Origin: Chiloscyllium plagiosum
Taxonomy: Eukaryota
Length of the DNA: 64,000 nt
Reading direction: 5' to 3'
Assembly (NCBI RefSeq): GCF_004010195.1
Contig: NC_057720.1
Location: 31,146,150-31,210,149, forward strand
The notes beneath the pieces are model-generated. The model searched no databases and was not told the DNA's origin. It was given only the letters and a program-made list of their open reading frames with translations. Of this stretch, positions 1-11,440 are shown piece by piece. Within the stretch, counting starts at the first letter, position 1, and the number at the start of each line of letters is the position of its first letter. The position numbers were made by a program, and so were the translations under genes.

Positions 1-519
1 CCACACTGCTTCGTCTCTGCAATTTTACATTCTTAAAGATGATTTGATCAGAGCCTATCTTGGTGTTCACAGATTCGGAAAGAAACCTTTAAATAATTAT
101 AACATTAGTTGTGGAACTCACTCTGATCAAAGCCCTTAGAGGATAGTCTGATGCCTTAAAACTTCCTCCTGTTATTGTAGAATTGAAGAAACATGGATGA
201 TACAACACAGAAGACTATTCAGCCTGACACCTCTACTCTTTAAAGAAAATATTAAATGGATTAGGAGGCTCCGGGTGGGGCACTATGACAAAAAGAAACA
301 AAAGAGTTAATGAAAACTTTTCAAACTCAAATTAAAACATTATTCCAGGGGGACAGTGCACTGCACTCCCTAGAAGGCTCATTGGTCATAAAAGAACCTG
401 TCACCTCCATGCTGACTCTTCAGGAAAACAACTCAATTAATTGGACTAAAAAATCTGAGCAGATGGAATGTAGGAAAATGGGAGGAAGAACAGAAAAAAA
501 CATAATATTACTTAAATGC

Positions 520-1305
520 AGAGATTGTAGAATGCAGTTGTACAAAAGCATTCTGTGTCTCCTTCTACATGAATCACAAAGAAATAGTCAACATTCAGAT
601 ACAACAAGGGTTTAGGAAGTCAAATGGAATGTCTTTATTCCAATGAGCAAGACTTGTTCCAACTGTACTCCTGGAGCATTGTATATAATTTTGGTCTCCT
701 TACTTCAAGAGGGATATAATTAAGCAGTTTAGAGGAGGTTCACTAGATTGATTTGCCCGAAACGTCGATTTTCCTGCTCCTCGGATGCTGCCTAACCTGC
801 TGTGCTTTTCCAGCACCACTTAGATCTAAACTCTGGTTTCCAGCATTCTGCAGTCCTCACTTTTGCCTGCCTGATTGCTGGGATGAAGGGGTTTGAATTT
901 TATGTACAGGAAGGTTGGGCCTGTACTGATTGCAGTTTAGAAGAATAAGAGATGATCTTTTTGAAATGTATGAGATTCGGAAGGAGTTTGACAAGATTGA
1001 TGCAGGGAAGATGTTCCCTTTCCAAGGAGACATAGTTTTAAAATTAGGAATCTTCCAATTAAAACTGAGATTAAGAATTTCTTCAATATAATACGTCCCT
1101 TGTTTGTAATTCTCATTCCCCGGTGAGCTGGGTCATTGGATATATTCAAGGTTGAGCTGGAAAGATTATTGATTGACAGGGAGTTAACAACTTTGGGGCA
1201 AGCAGAGAAGTGAAGTGAAGGCGCAATCAGATCAACCAAGATTTAAGGAGTCGCAAAGCAAGTTCAAGAAGCTGAATGTCCCACTGTTGCTCCTATTTCT
1301 CATGC
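520..1305 (+). mobile_element. CR1-clade LINE, decayed 3' part of ORF2 and 3' UTR, interrupted by a Penelope fragment
   Basis: Decayed CR1 C-terminal motifs: aggaggttcactagattgatt (RRFTRLI), gggatgaagggg (GMKG), tttagaagaataagagatgatctt (FRRIRDDL), then a CR1-type 3' end (ctgttgctcctatttctcatg). Confidence 0.8.
753..868 (+). mobile_element. Penelope-like terminal-repeat fragment (3' half of hammerhead core only)
   Basis: gcccgaaacgtcgattttcctgctcctcggatgctgcc...cagcattctgcagtcctcac matches the elements at 13801 and 40645; it splits the CR1 sequence gattgatt|..ctgggatgaag. Confidence 0.85.
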
Positions 1306-1339
1306 TATTTTGTTTGAATTCTATGGTGTCACTCTCAAC

Positions 1340-1950
1340 ACTCCTCTAAGTTTTTCCCCTTGTGGTATTTATCTAATTTCCTTGGTGCTGTCAAATTTGC
1401 TTCCACCATCTTTTTATTCCAAATTACAACAACTTGCTGCATAAAACTTATTTTTTTAATGTTCCCTGGAATTAGAATGTAAAAGATAGAATTCAACAAG
1501 ACTGTGGCTAATCTGATTGTGAACTTACTTTTTTTTCTGCCTGAACCCTATAATCCTTCACTCCTTTGTCAATCAAAAATCTGTCTATCCCAGCTTTGAA
1601 GAATTCAATGACAGTATCTAACATTCTTCCCTATCATCCTAAACCCAGATCCTCTGGTTACCAAACCTTTTGCAACCAGAAACCTTTTCTACTTATTTAC
1701 TCAAATTGTATAAAACTTTGAGCACTTCACTCACTGCTCCGTGTATTAATCTTCTCTGCTTTAAGGACTATAACTCAACATAATGACTCCAAATGACAGA
1801 TGTTCACCATCTCTGGTACCACTATAGTAAATCTCCTTCACAACCTTTCTAAGATTTTGATATCTTTCCTAAAGTGTGGTGACCAAAAGTGAATTGGATT
1901 TAGCTAAAGTCAATTCATGTTTTTCAGTGGTTTTGCAAACTTTTGATGCT
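1340..1950 (-). mobile_element. Decayed CR1 LINE 3' fragments
   Basis: Antisense CR1 motifs (aatctgtctatcccagctttgaagaattcaatga; atctttcctaaagtgtggtgaccaaaagtga). Confidence 0.6.
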
Positions 1951-1959
1951 CTTGCATCC

Positions 1960-2460
1960 TCATGATGATCATACGCGTTGTGCCTATTAGCGGGTTCTTG
2001 CCTTATTATAGCCTTCCCATGTCTTTCTCTATCCTGTGGCAACCTTTTCATTTGCCATTAATTTCCTTACATTGTCAATTAATCCAACATGGATACTCTC
2101 TCCCCTCTCCTTCCTTTCTTGCCTTGAATTCTTCCTTCTATCACATCACTTACAATGTTATTTCTTCCTAAAATGAGCTCCATCCAGGTTCTCTCTCTGT
2201 TCCTATCACATTCAACAAATTTCTCTGCTCATTCACTCTCCACACATTTAATTATTTTTTTGCCACTCTGTCCAACTGACCCTTTCTATTTTCCTGTAAA
2301 CTCACACTTGAAAGTGACTTAGCAATTTGTTCTCATTTTTTGAAGAGCCCGAGTTTCACATCCATACAGAACAACACTCCAAATCAAGGCCTTTATAAGT
2401 CACTTCCTGAATAGCTTATTCACGTCTATCTAGCAACCGTCACTTCTTCCCAAATTTGGG
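1960..2460 (-). mobile_element. RTE-clade LINE 3' end nested in CR1
   Basis: Minus strand reads LIKALIWSVVLYGCET..YRKIERVSWTE..VIEGRIQGKKGRRG..KRLPQDR, typical of an RTE ORF C-terminus, and ends near an atcatc-type tail at about 1962. Confidence 0.8.
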
Positions 2461-2479
2461 CGTATATTCTATGCATCTA

Positions 2480-3465
2480 TTAATGAAGCAAAGAGTCGCA
2501 CATACAATGTTAATGGCCTTCTCAATTTATGTTGCCACTATTAAACATTTATATACTTAAATCTGCATCCATGTCATTATGTAGTACATTTCAGAATTTC
2601 CTGTCATGTTATCTATAAACCTTATATACCCAAGTCCAGATCATTAATATAGATCAAAGAGAGCAATAGTTCTAATATCAACTTCTAGAGAACATGATTG
2701 AAAACTTCCCTTCAGTCTATAAAACAACCATTCAGGGGGTGGCACGACAGCTCTGTGGTTAGCACTGCTGCCTCATAGCACCAGGGACTCGAGTATGATT
2801 CCTGCTTTGGGTGACTGTCTGTATGGAGTTTGCATTTTCTCCGTGTCTGTGTGGGTTTCCTCTGGGTGCTCCTATTTCCTCCCACAATCCAAAGATGTGC
2901 AGGTCAGGTGAATTGCCCATAGTGTTAGATACATTGGTGTAGGGTAATGGGTGTGGGTGGGTTACTCTTCAGAGGGTCGGTGTGGACTTGTTTGGCCAAA
3001 TGTTCCCTGGAATAAGAATGTAAGAGGTAGAATTCAATAAGACTGTGGCTAATCTGATTTTGATCTTAACTTTTCTGCCTGAACCCTATAATCCTTCACT
3101 CTTTCGTCAATCGAAAATCTGTCTATCTCTAATCTAATCTAACCTCCACGCTTTGCTTTCTGTTCCTTGGCCAATTTTGCATCCACACTGGCATTGACCC
3201 TTTAATTCTCTATGCTTTAATTTCACTAAAGTTTATTATGTGTCATTTGTCAAATGTCTTTTGAAAATCTATATGCATATCAGTCTCTACCAACCCACTC
3301 CATTAGTTCATCAGCAAGTTCAGTCAACTTATTTAAACATGATTTGCCTTCAAAACATCTGTGCTGATTTTTAGTTTTCAGTCCATTCATTTCCAAAACC
3401 CAACTACTTTCACTGCAGATTATTATCCCTGAAAGATTCCTCACCGTCAACGGGCTGACCAATTC
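2480..3465 (-). mobile_element. Decayed CR1 RT region, split by the SINE at 2735
   Basis: Antisense RT motifs: tcattaatatagat (YIND), tgtcaaatgtcttttgaaaatctatatgcat (AYRFSKDI-, a decayed YLDFQKAFD), cagtcaacttatttaaacatgatttgcc (GKSCLNKL). Confidence 0.7.
2735..3142 (+). mobile_element. tRNA-derived V-SINE (HE1-like shark SINE)
   Basis: tRNA-like head (ggcacgacagctctgtggttagcactgctgcctca), V-domain core (ggagtttgcattttctccgtgtctgtgtgggtttcctctgggtgctcc..ttcctcccacaatccaaaga), CR1-like 3' part and (tctaa)n tail at 3128-3142. Confidence 0.9.
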
Positions 3466-3950
3466 ATGAAAGATATTAAAAGAAAGGAAACAAGATTACA
3501 TTCCTAAAATGGGAAGTCAATATTGTTTAAATGGAGTCACTAAGGTGAAAATAAACATGAAATCAGGGAACGAAAGTTAGTTGAAGGGAAGTGGAATGTC
3601 ACATGATAGAGGTAGGGGACAGCAGATCCAGATGAGGGAGATCTTCAGATCTGTACAGTCTGAAATAAGCCACACAAGACTTAAGGCAGACATAAATCAA
3701 TGAAAAGATTTGAATCTATTTATAGACATGCAAGTAGCCATTAGGTTTGCTTAGCTGCTTAAGTGTCTAAAATGAGGTTGGTGATGAATTGGACTTTACA
3801 GCACACTGAACGATTAGTGATAAAATGTTTTGAAAGTTGAGTTATAAGAAAAAAAACTGAAGAAAATGAAAATCCTTGTCTATATAGGTCATCAAAAGAT
3901 AGACATTGTCTGTTTATGCTGGCAATATAAGACTTAAATAACAGTTCAAG

Positions 3951-4335
3951 CCGCCCACACTGGGTGGGGTTCCTCTAGCTGACTCATAAGCATTATCATC
4001 GATAAGAATTCCCCACACAGCAGGTGAAAGTTACATAGCCTGCTGAACTTCACAGCTCAGTAAGCCGGTTCAAGAGCAAGGTGGGAGTTTGCAGACTCTG
4101 CTGTGATTCTGTCTCAGAGAAACTATTTATTGACAGCAATTAATTCTCCCCTTCCATTATCCCACCCCCTTTCCTTCTTGTCCCTTATCCTCTGGCTACA
4201 CTGCACCAGGGTGGAGTTCTGATTTTTTTAAGAAGCCATGAATGATCTGAGAAGGCTTATTATTTCCAGCCACTAACCATGTCCCTGCCCTAAAAAGGAG
4301 GAAGGAGGAGTTTCAGGGGGCTGTCCTTTATAAAA
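3951..4335 (+). promoter_or_regulatory. Candidate Pol II promoter
   Basis: GC box 3951, GGGTGGGG 3962, AP-1/NF-E2-like gctgactcat 3978, GATA motifs 3993 and 4001, E-box 4021, CACCC 4161, TATAAAA 4329-4335, in unique sequence upstream of an ATG and splice donor. Motif evidence only. Confidence 0.3.
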
Positions 4336-4384
4336 CAAAGTCATTTTTTTCTTCGGAAGAAAGTTGAATGCAATTGACCACCAG

Positions 4385-4468
4385 ATGGGATGTTGTAGCA
4401 ATGAAGTAATGATGTTGAAATATGTTCCTGTTGAACATGAGTCGTCTGAGGGGAAGACCGGCTTGATT
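4385..4468 (+). CDS. Candidate first coding exon MGCCSNEVMMLKYVPVEHESSEGKTGLI (unidentified)
   Basis: ATG 50 nt after TATA, 28 open codons, then GTGAGT donor at 4469 (phase 0). No recognised homologue. Confidence 0.25.
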
Positions 4469-6384
4469 GTGAGTAACAATTCAAAACTCTCTTAAAGTCT
4501 TCCTACATGTAAGTCCTTTCACTTTAATCTTTCTCATTTTGAGACACGCATGTACAGCTCAGGCTTACTGTGTCTACGAGTAAGTTACTTCTGAAAAATG
4601 TTCAGTTAAAAGCAGGCTGCTGCTGTCTATAATGTTTGCCTTTGACTCGTTTTGAAGGGGTGTGGGTTTCTGTACAAATAAAATTGCACTTGTTGCTAAA
4701 TTTAGTTCACAATAGTCCTTTATCCTGGCAAATCTTTTGATCAAAAATTCTTTGTCATGACGTATTTATTATAAGAAATAGCATTGAATGGTCCATTTTG
4801 GCACGACAGTGAGACAGATTCTGAAGGCAGCAGTTCATTTGTGCCAAATGAGATGTGTACGTGGCTGATGGGGTAGCTTTAGTATATGTGAAGCAACTAC
4901 CTTTGTCTTTTCAAACATGGCTGGAGTGAACTGCAAAATTTACAGGAGGGAAATGAGCCTGAAAATGTATCTGCCCGCAACAAAGTTTTACCTTTCCTTA
5001 ATGTCTCCTTTTTTTTAACTCTTTCCATGACTAGTCTTGTCTGCATAGACACCTTTATTGCATTGTTGAGTTTTCATGTTATTAATCTGTAATCCGCAGA
5101 AGCTACCACTAAATTCTGTTTCTCTTAATTGAAAAAGTATCAACATTATCTTATTGAAACTTCATATTCTGGTCCACATCATTAATTCACCAAATGAATG
5201 ATTACATTTTCATTTTCAAAAAGTTAAGGAAGACAGAAAGCATAGGTTTGTGGTACATTTAAAGGTAAAATTTGCTAAGATTGGCTGGAATTAGAATGAC
5301 TTCCAGTTAGACATGATCAAAAAACCAAACACTAGTCATCGTCACTGCTCCAGTTAAATGGAGTAAACTCTTTTTTCAGGTTTAAATGCTTGCAAATTAT
5401 ATTTTCCCGAGCTTACGACGTCTACCTAATTAAATTATTCTGACTGCAGTGAAATTGATGAGATTTTGCCGTTAGCATTTAAGGTATTGAAGGAACATCA
5501 ATTTATTGTGCAATAATGATAAAATAAATGGTGTTCTTACTCCAACCAGTGTGGTTTTCCTGAAGAAGTTATCAATGACTGAACTCTTAAGTGCAATGAA
5601 ACCAACTCTACCAATGCACTTTTAGAAGCCTTCTGATTGATTTTTGAAAACTTTGTTCTGCTTTGATGATGGTTTTTCCCTCTTTTGTTGGAACTTACAG
5701 CCTAATGTTACTATTATAAATTTATGATCACGGTGAAGAAATTAGTTCTGGAAGAGAGGATTGGATTGATATTCAGTTTCAGCAAAGACTGTAATAAAAC
5801 AGGATGGTATAATGCGATGTTTGTTGTAACAAGGTTCTCACTGTAATTTGCTTATTTCTATTTTATTTCCACTTAAAAGAAAAATGAGTGAGCGCATGAG
5901 ACAAGAAGATAGACAGTATGGGAGAAAAAGATAAGCACATTATAAAACTTGAGAAAAGAAAGACAGGAATTCTGATACAAAATGCACTGAAGAAAATCTT
6001 GAGGAAAATAATAAAATATTCTCTGAATTTACTTATAATGGGGGTTAAAAGTATCTTTTCCTTCAAAGAGCTTCTTGTTGGCCAAACCCTACAACCTTTC
6101 ACCCATAATTAGAACATCCTGAGCTGAGCTGCATTTTTGCATGGTCATTTTCTTGTGATTCAAGTTCAGGATAGGAAAAGATTATTGATATAACACCTTG
6201 TATCTTCAAGTTTTGCTTTGACTTTTGGAGCTCCATAACTTGTATCTGTAATTATTGATCCCTTTCCTCTCAACATCACTGCTACTTACTGATATAATAT
6301 TATTAATATGAAAGCTGCCTTTTGGTCCTAAAATCTCAGTGTTTTTTAAATTAAAAATTAAATAAATAGTTCATTTATTTTTAG

Positions 6385-6504
6385 ATATGCACAGGTTTAA
6401 GGCATTCTCATCAAGTATATTCAGTAAAATCAGATGGGCCTGGAGGGGAGGTACTCCACCCTCGGAAGAAACTGGTATTTGGATTTTTTAAAAACATGTC
6501 TATC
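6385..6504 (+). CDS. Candidate 120-nt internal exon (ICTGLRHSHQVYSVKSDGPGGEVLHPRKKLVFGFFKNMSI)
   Basis: ttcatttatttttag acceptor, GTGAGT donor at 6505, open in phase 0 and compatible with the candidate exon at 4385. No recognised homologue. Confidence 0.2.
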
Positions 6505-7769
6505 GTGAGTCTCCACTTACTGTAGACTTGTATATATGTGTACTGACAGGTTTATGTGAGAGAAGAACTATGTTCAGTCTGTTGACCTCCAGAAAGGTAC
6601 AGATTCCAATGTTTAGTAAGTCATTTATTCATTCTGTAATTGTATGAGTGAATTGGCATCTGCGCGGTGTTCCACGTGTACAAAGTTAGATGTACGCAGA
6701 ACATAGTAGTATCGTTACAATAGATATAACTACATAGGGGCCTATCTGAGTGGAGGTGTATTTGCTAATGTAGTGCCTGTGTCGACCAAATATATTCACT
6801 TATGAACTTTATACAATCAAGAGATAAAGGGAGACACAGAGTAATTCCTGAAAAAACATACACATGCCGTTGTTCACTGTGACCAGTACCAGATGCAATG
6901 AAGTAGCTATTAAATAATGTATTTAGATTGTTGCCATTACGTAGACTTCTTTGGGAATGGGGTTCAACCTGGGGGCTTTGACATTATGTTTTCAGAAACT
7001 TATTATTAATGCAGATCAGCTTATGGGTCCTGTTCCTCTCTAGTACAGCTATTTGTTATAAATAATTAACGCTGTTTTGGTGCTACATTTTATACATCAA
7101 TATTAGGGGTTTCCTGGAGAACAATTGTGTCCTTTTTTAAATATGCAATATGGTTTTGCTTGTACACTCTGCATTTTCAAATCTACTGTCCTTTGGTGGA
7201 GGAAAGTAGATTCTCTGCTTCTGATTTCTCCTTAAAAAAAATTCAAAGGGGTTACAAACATATGGGATTCCAAATATGCTGTCTTGCTAAAGGAACAACT
7301 CATTTAAACATATCACAGACAGCCCAATAAACTCATTGCCCTTCTCAAACAAACAAATTCAAATTAATCGCCCTGAAGCATTTGAGTGTGTCATTAAATC
7401 CTTCAAACATTGATATGGATGTCAGACAATTATCTTCTTTTGAGAATTTCCAAGGTACAACACCCTAAAGTAGATCAGGGAATTATGAAAAGTGCTTTCT
7501 TTGCTGTTTATACTTTGAATACCTGATTGACATTGACATTGACATTGAAGAAATGTTACTACCGCATGTGACAATGTTAATCCTAAGAAAGGCCTTCATT
7601 CATGGATTTGAAAATATATTTCTGTTCCTTCCAATGCTTGATGACTGAAAAAGCCAGTGTTCCATCTTGTTTTAGTTATTTTTAACTGAATCCTTGCTGG
7701 GCCTTTGTTGAATCATATGAAAACAAACCAAAGGCCTGGTGAAATGTGGCACTTGTGTGCTAACTCGCT

Positions 7770-7979
7770 GTGCCACAGCGTGGCACAATCAGCAGATTTC
7801 CCCACCCCTGTATAATGAATTCCAAATTCAGCACAGTCCACAAAAGATGGGAAAAATTTAATGACTTCAGATGCCTCGCAAAAGCAGTCCAACATCACGA
7901 TTTGCATATTAGGAATGGGTGTGTTCCCACTCCAAAACAGCAAAGAGCATATGACATGGCTGGAAGCGATGATAGATAA
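7770..7979 (+). mobile_element. Possible remnant of a Harbinger-type Myb/SANT ORF
   Basis: HKRWEKFNDFRCLAKA..NGCVPTPKQQRA resembles the QCRKKFNDL.R.AK..TGGG.P..LTP.E motif of NAIF1/MSANTD-like proteins. Confidence 0.35.
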
Positions 7980-8649
7980 AGGAAATTTTTTGAAAGGTTA
8001 AACCTGCAGAGGACATGAATTTTCATCACTTTTATTATAACAATGCCTATTTATTCACTAGTCGTTAGGACTTTGTCTAAACCAATTAAGTAAAACTCCA
8101 GTCTGAATGAGCCTATAGGGATCACTGGTTGGTGACTTCTGAATGTATGTAATTAGCCTTAACTCAGTAAATAGATTATAGCAAAAGGGAAACGCAGCTG
8201 TAATTGTTCCAGTAAAGGAAGCAGACACCCATACCCCACAGGGTTGTAAAATGGCTCCTGCGGAGGAGGTATAGAAGAAGGCGGAATTTAGAGTAAACAT
8301 GATAGAACTATGAATTTTCAGTGACCAGCCTCCATCTGCAACAAGTTTGTACCATTTAAATTCTACGCGTCAGAGCTCCAAAAGGCCACACGATCATGAG
8401 GGAAATTATAAGCACAACGATAATGATCCCTGGAGCCACACAACTCACATGTCTAAGTTTCAGATTATTGCAGAAACATGATTGCTCCCAAAATGGTAGA
8501 AACAAAATCTTACTCCACATCCATGCTTCCATGACTTATTAACATTTAGCTGTTGCAAATCTGAGCTCAAAAATGCTTATCGAGTCCTTACTTGTTTCTA
8601 ACTTGGTGGTGATATCACCCTCCAGTAATACTTGCCTTTTTAGCACATT

Positions 8650-8975
8650 GTCAAACTCGTGTTAGATTGAGAGAAACTGTTCCTCTCATGAAAGCAACAG
8701 GAACCAAGGGGGCATTGATTTAAAGTGATCTGCAAAAGAAGCAAATGTGAAGTGAGCAAAAATCTTTTCATTCAGCGTGTAGCTAGGGTACAGAATGCAT
8801 TTCCATGGATGTGTGATGGTAACATGTTTAACTGCATCATTCAAGAGGATATTGGATAATGTTTTGAACAAAATAATATGAAAAGGGTGTAGAAAAGGCA
8901 GAGGATTAACACCAGGTACTGATGTTCATTTAATGAACAAGTACAGACTGAATAACCTTCTTCTATGATTCTGCT
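8650..8975 (+). mobile_element. CR1 LINE 3' end
   Basis: gagaaactgttcctct..aaccaagggggcattgatttaaagtgat..aaaatcttttcattcagcg, ending in a ttctatgattct tail. Confidence 0.7.
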
Positions 8976-9799
8976 TAACATAGTTCAAATCCAGCATTGT
9001 TCAAAATGTCAAATATAATGTAAAATGCCGTCTTGAAGCCTCACACTCTGGGATATTCCACACTCACAATCTCCATTCACTATTCAATACCTGGAATACT
9101 ATATGTGTACTCAGTATTGATGTGTGTTCACAGTTCATTTGACTTTGTGAGATAGTTTAAGTTGACATCCTGCGATACATCCCTCATAATTTATTTTCTC
9201 TGGTGAAGTATTTTAAGTAAACTGAAATCCAAATTAAGAAAAAGAAACATAAGTTAAAACGCTGAATGGACATTGCTGGTTGGTTGAATGTTTACAGCAG
9301 CTCCACATTAAGGTACAGAAAGAACCACTCCCTGGTTTAAAAACTGAAGCAATATTAGCAGACATCAATTTTGTACCAGCTTTGAAGGCCAGGGAATGAT
9401 TTCAGCCAGGATCATTCTGGGTGGATATGGCAGCAAAAAGAGAATACAATCAACATTGCTCTGTAGATCAACAACTGTTCACACCATCACTGAAATAGCA
9501 TTAACAATCCCAATTTATCTGCAAAATGAGGATACACCTTCCAATTTATATCCACTGTATGGATAGTATGCTGAAGAAAGACTTCTTTTGTTGATTTATG
9601 GCTCAGTTTAGAATGTTGTGATGCATCTTACTTACAGATTTATTTTAATTATATATTTTAGATAAATTTTAATGACCTTCAACTTAAACTTCCAATTTGA
9701 GATATTGAAGGGAAAATTTTAACTGCTGATTTGTTGGTAACGCTTGCAGCAACGTGGCGCAACAGGCTTCCATTGCTGAACATCAATTCAGTGCTATTG

Positions 9800-10130
9800 G
9801 AATCATAGAATTGTTCTAGTACAGAAGAAGACCATTCAGCCCATTGGTTCTGAGTTGGCTATCTGCAAGGACAACCCAGCTAGTCTCACTTCCAAACCTT
9901 TTTCCCATAGTCCTGCAAATCTTTTCTCTTCAGATAATTATTCAATTTTCTTTAAAAGCTATGCTTAAATCTTCCATCGTCACAACCTCAGATAGGGCTT
10001 TCCGGATCCTCACCCCTCACTGTGTAAAACTGTTTTGTTCATGTTGCTTTTGGTTTATTTGCCATTCACTTTATATCAATGGCCTCTGAATCTTGACTCT
10101 TCAGATTTTCCTCATCTACTCTGTCAAGTC
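9800..10130 (-). mobile_element. CR1 LINE 3' end
   Basis: Antisense tail gaatcatagaatt followed by acagaagaagaccattcagcccat and ttccggatcctcacccctcactgtgtaaaa. Confidence 0.7.
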
Positions 10131-11269
10131 CCTTCGATTCTGTACGATTTGCAAGGCTTTCACTGGTTCCAACAGAACTGCACCAGAAAAGCCACACAGT
10201 CATGCTCCAAACCTCGATTCCCTAAAGGAAACCTGCAACACATACACGCCACAGTATTCTTTGATATTTAGGTGAGATTCAATTTTATCAATATTATATA
10301 GATAAGAACAGATATATTTAGCAAATTCAACTATTCTGATTTCTGAAATGCTTGCAAAAAGCCAACAAAATATACCAATTAAAGAAAATAGTTTTTGAGA
10401 TGGATATGTTTACAGATCAATCATATAATGTAATATAAGGAAACACTAAACACTATGAAAATATTGCCACATTTTTGAATGAGCAGAATGTGATTTATAC
10501 CGAACTGCATGCAATTCTCTATAAAAATGTCAAATAATATAATAACTTTGAAATTGAAGTTGCAGAAAATTTATTTTGTTTATGAGTTCCAGTTGTCAGT
10601 ACTTGTGTCTCTGGTATTTCTAAAATGTCTTTTTCCATTATAATTTTAGTTGTTGTATTATGTTAACGGATGCCATTTTTTAACCTTGTGTGTTTTATAT
10701 TGTCTTAATGGATATCGGACTGAATTTAGTGTAACTTCATATAAATGGATCTCAGCTTCAAGCCTGCCATGTAACCTCCCTGAACTGGGTGTCAACACAT
10801 TTTAAAAAGCAATAATAATTCTTATTATAGAAGCTGAATATTTTTCATTGTAATGTTTAGAACTAGAGATTAGGAATTAAACAGTTGTTTCTTCATTGAT
10901 TCTTTAAGATTAGAATTCCATCAATTATTATTTTTGCAAGTTGTCGTCCTATTTTCCAAGCATGTAGTTAGGGACGGAAAGATTTGCTCCTGATGTGTCC
11001 CAGTAGTCTTTTCTATTCAACCGGTCATTTTCGAGACCTGTCTGATACAGATAACTCCACATATCTCACAGCACCTTTGTGCTGACCCTTGTACACGTAT
11101 TGAATGTAAGAGGTACAAGGGAAAAGTTCGTTGTCAGGCATTATACAATTCTTCTCTGTTTTGTTACCAGCTCCTATATTATGTAAATTATAGATGCACT
11201 TTAAATGTGCATATTAGTAATGTGATTAAAACAACAATTAGGAAAACCTACTATTTGAATTACTTCACT

Positions 11270-11440
11270 GACACGGAGCTGTTCCGAGTGCGTTGCTAAT
11301 TGGAGTTTTTCCTGGCATTAGATCAGAGAAGATTTTCATTAGCAAATTACTAAAATAATCGTGTTTTTAAAAATTTGTTTCTGACCTTGAAGCTTTCAAA
11401 TGTGCTTAATTCATATTGCGCTAACCTGTCTGGTACATAC
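11270..11440. promoter_or_regulatory. Candidate conserved non-coding element
   Basis: Repeat-free, retains CpGs, TAAT/ATTA clusters (gctaattgg, cattagatcag, cattagcaaattac) and a perfect TCAAGGTCA nuclear-receptor site on the minus strand at 11382-11390. Confidence 0.35.

Noticed and set aside
310..615. 101-aa ORF
   Set aside because: Overlaps decayed CR1 sequence; no coherent domain.
4797..4850. Inverted tttggcac/gtgccaaa hairpin
   Set aside because: Only about 8 bp of pairing with an unpaired interior; not miRNA-like.
11086..11121. cccttgtac...gtacaaggg stem
   Set aside because: A 9-bp stem is expected by chance in 64 kb; no RNA family recognised.
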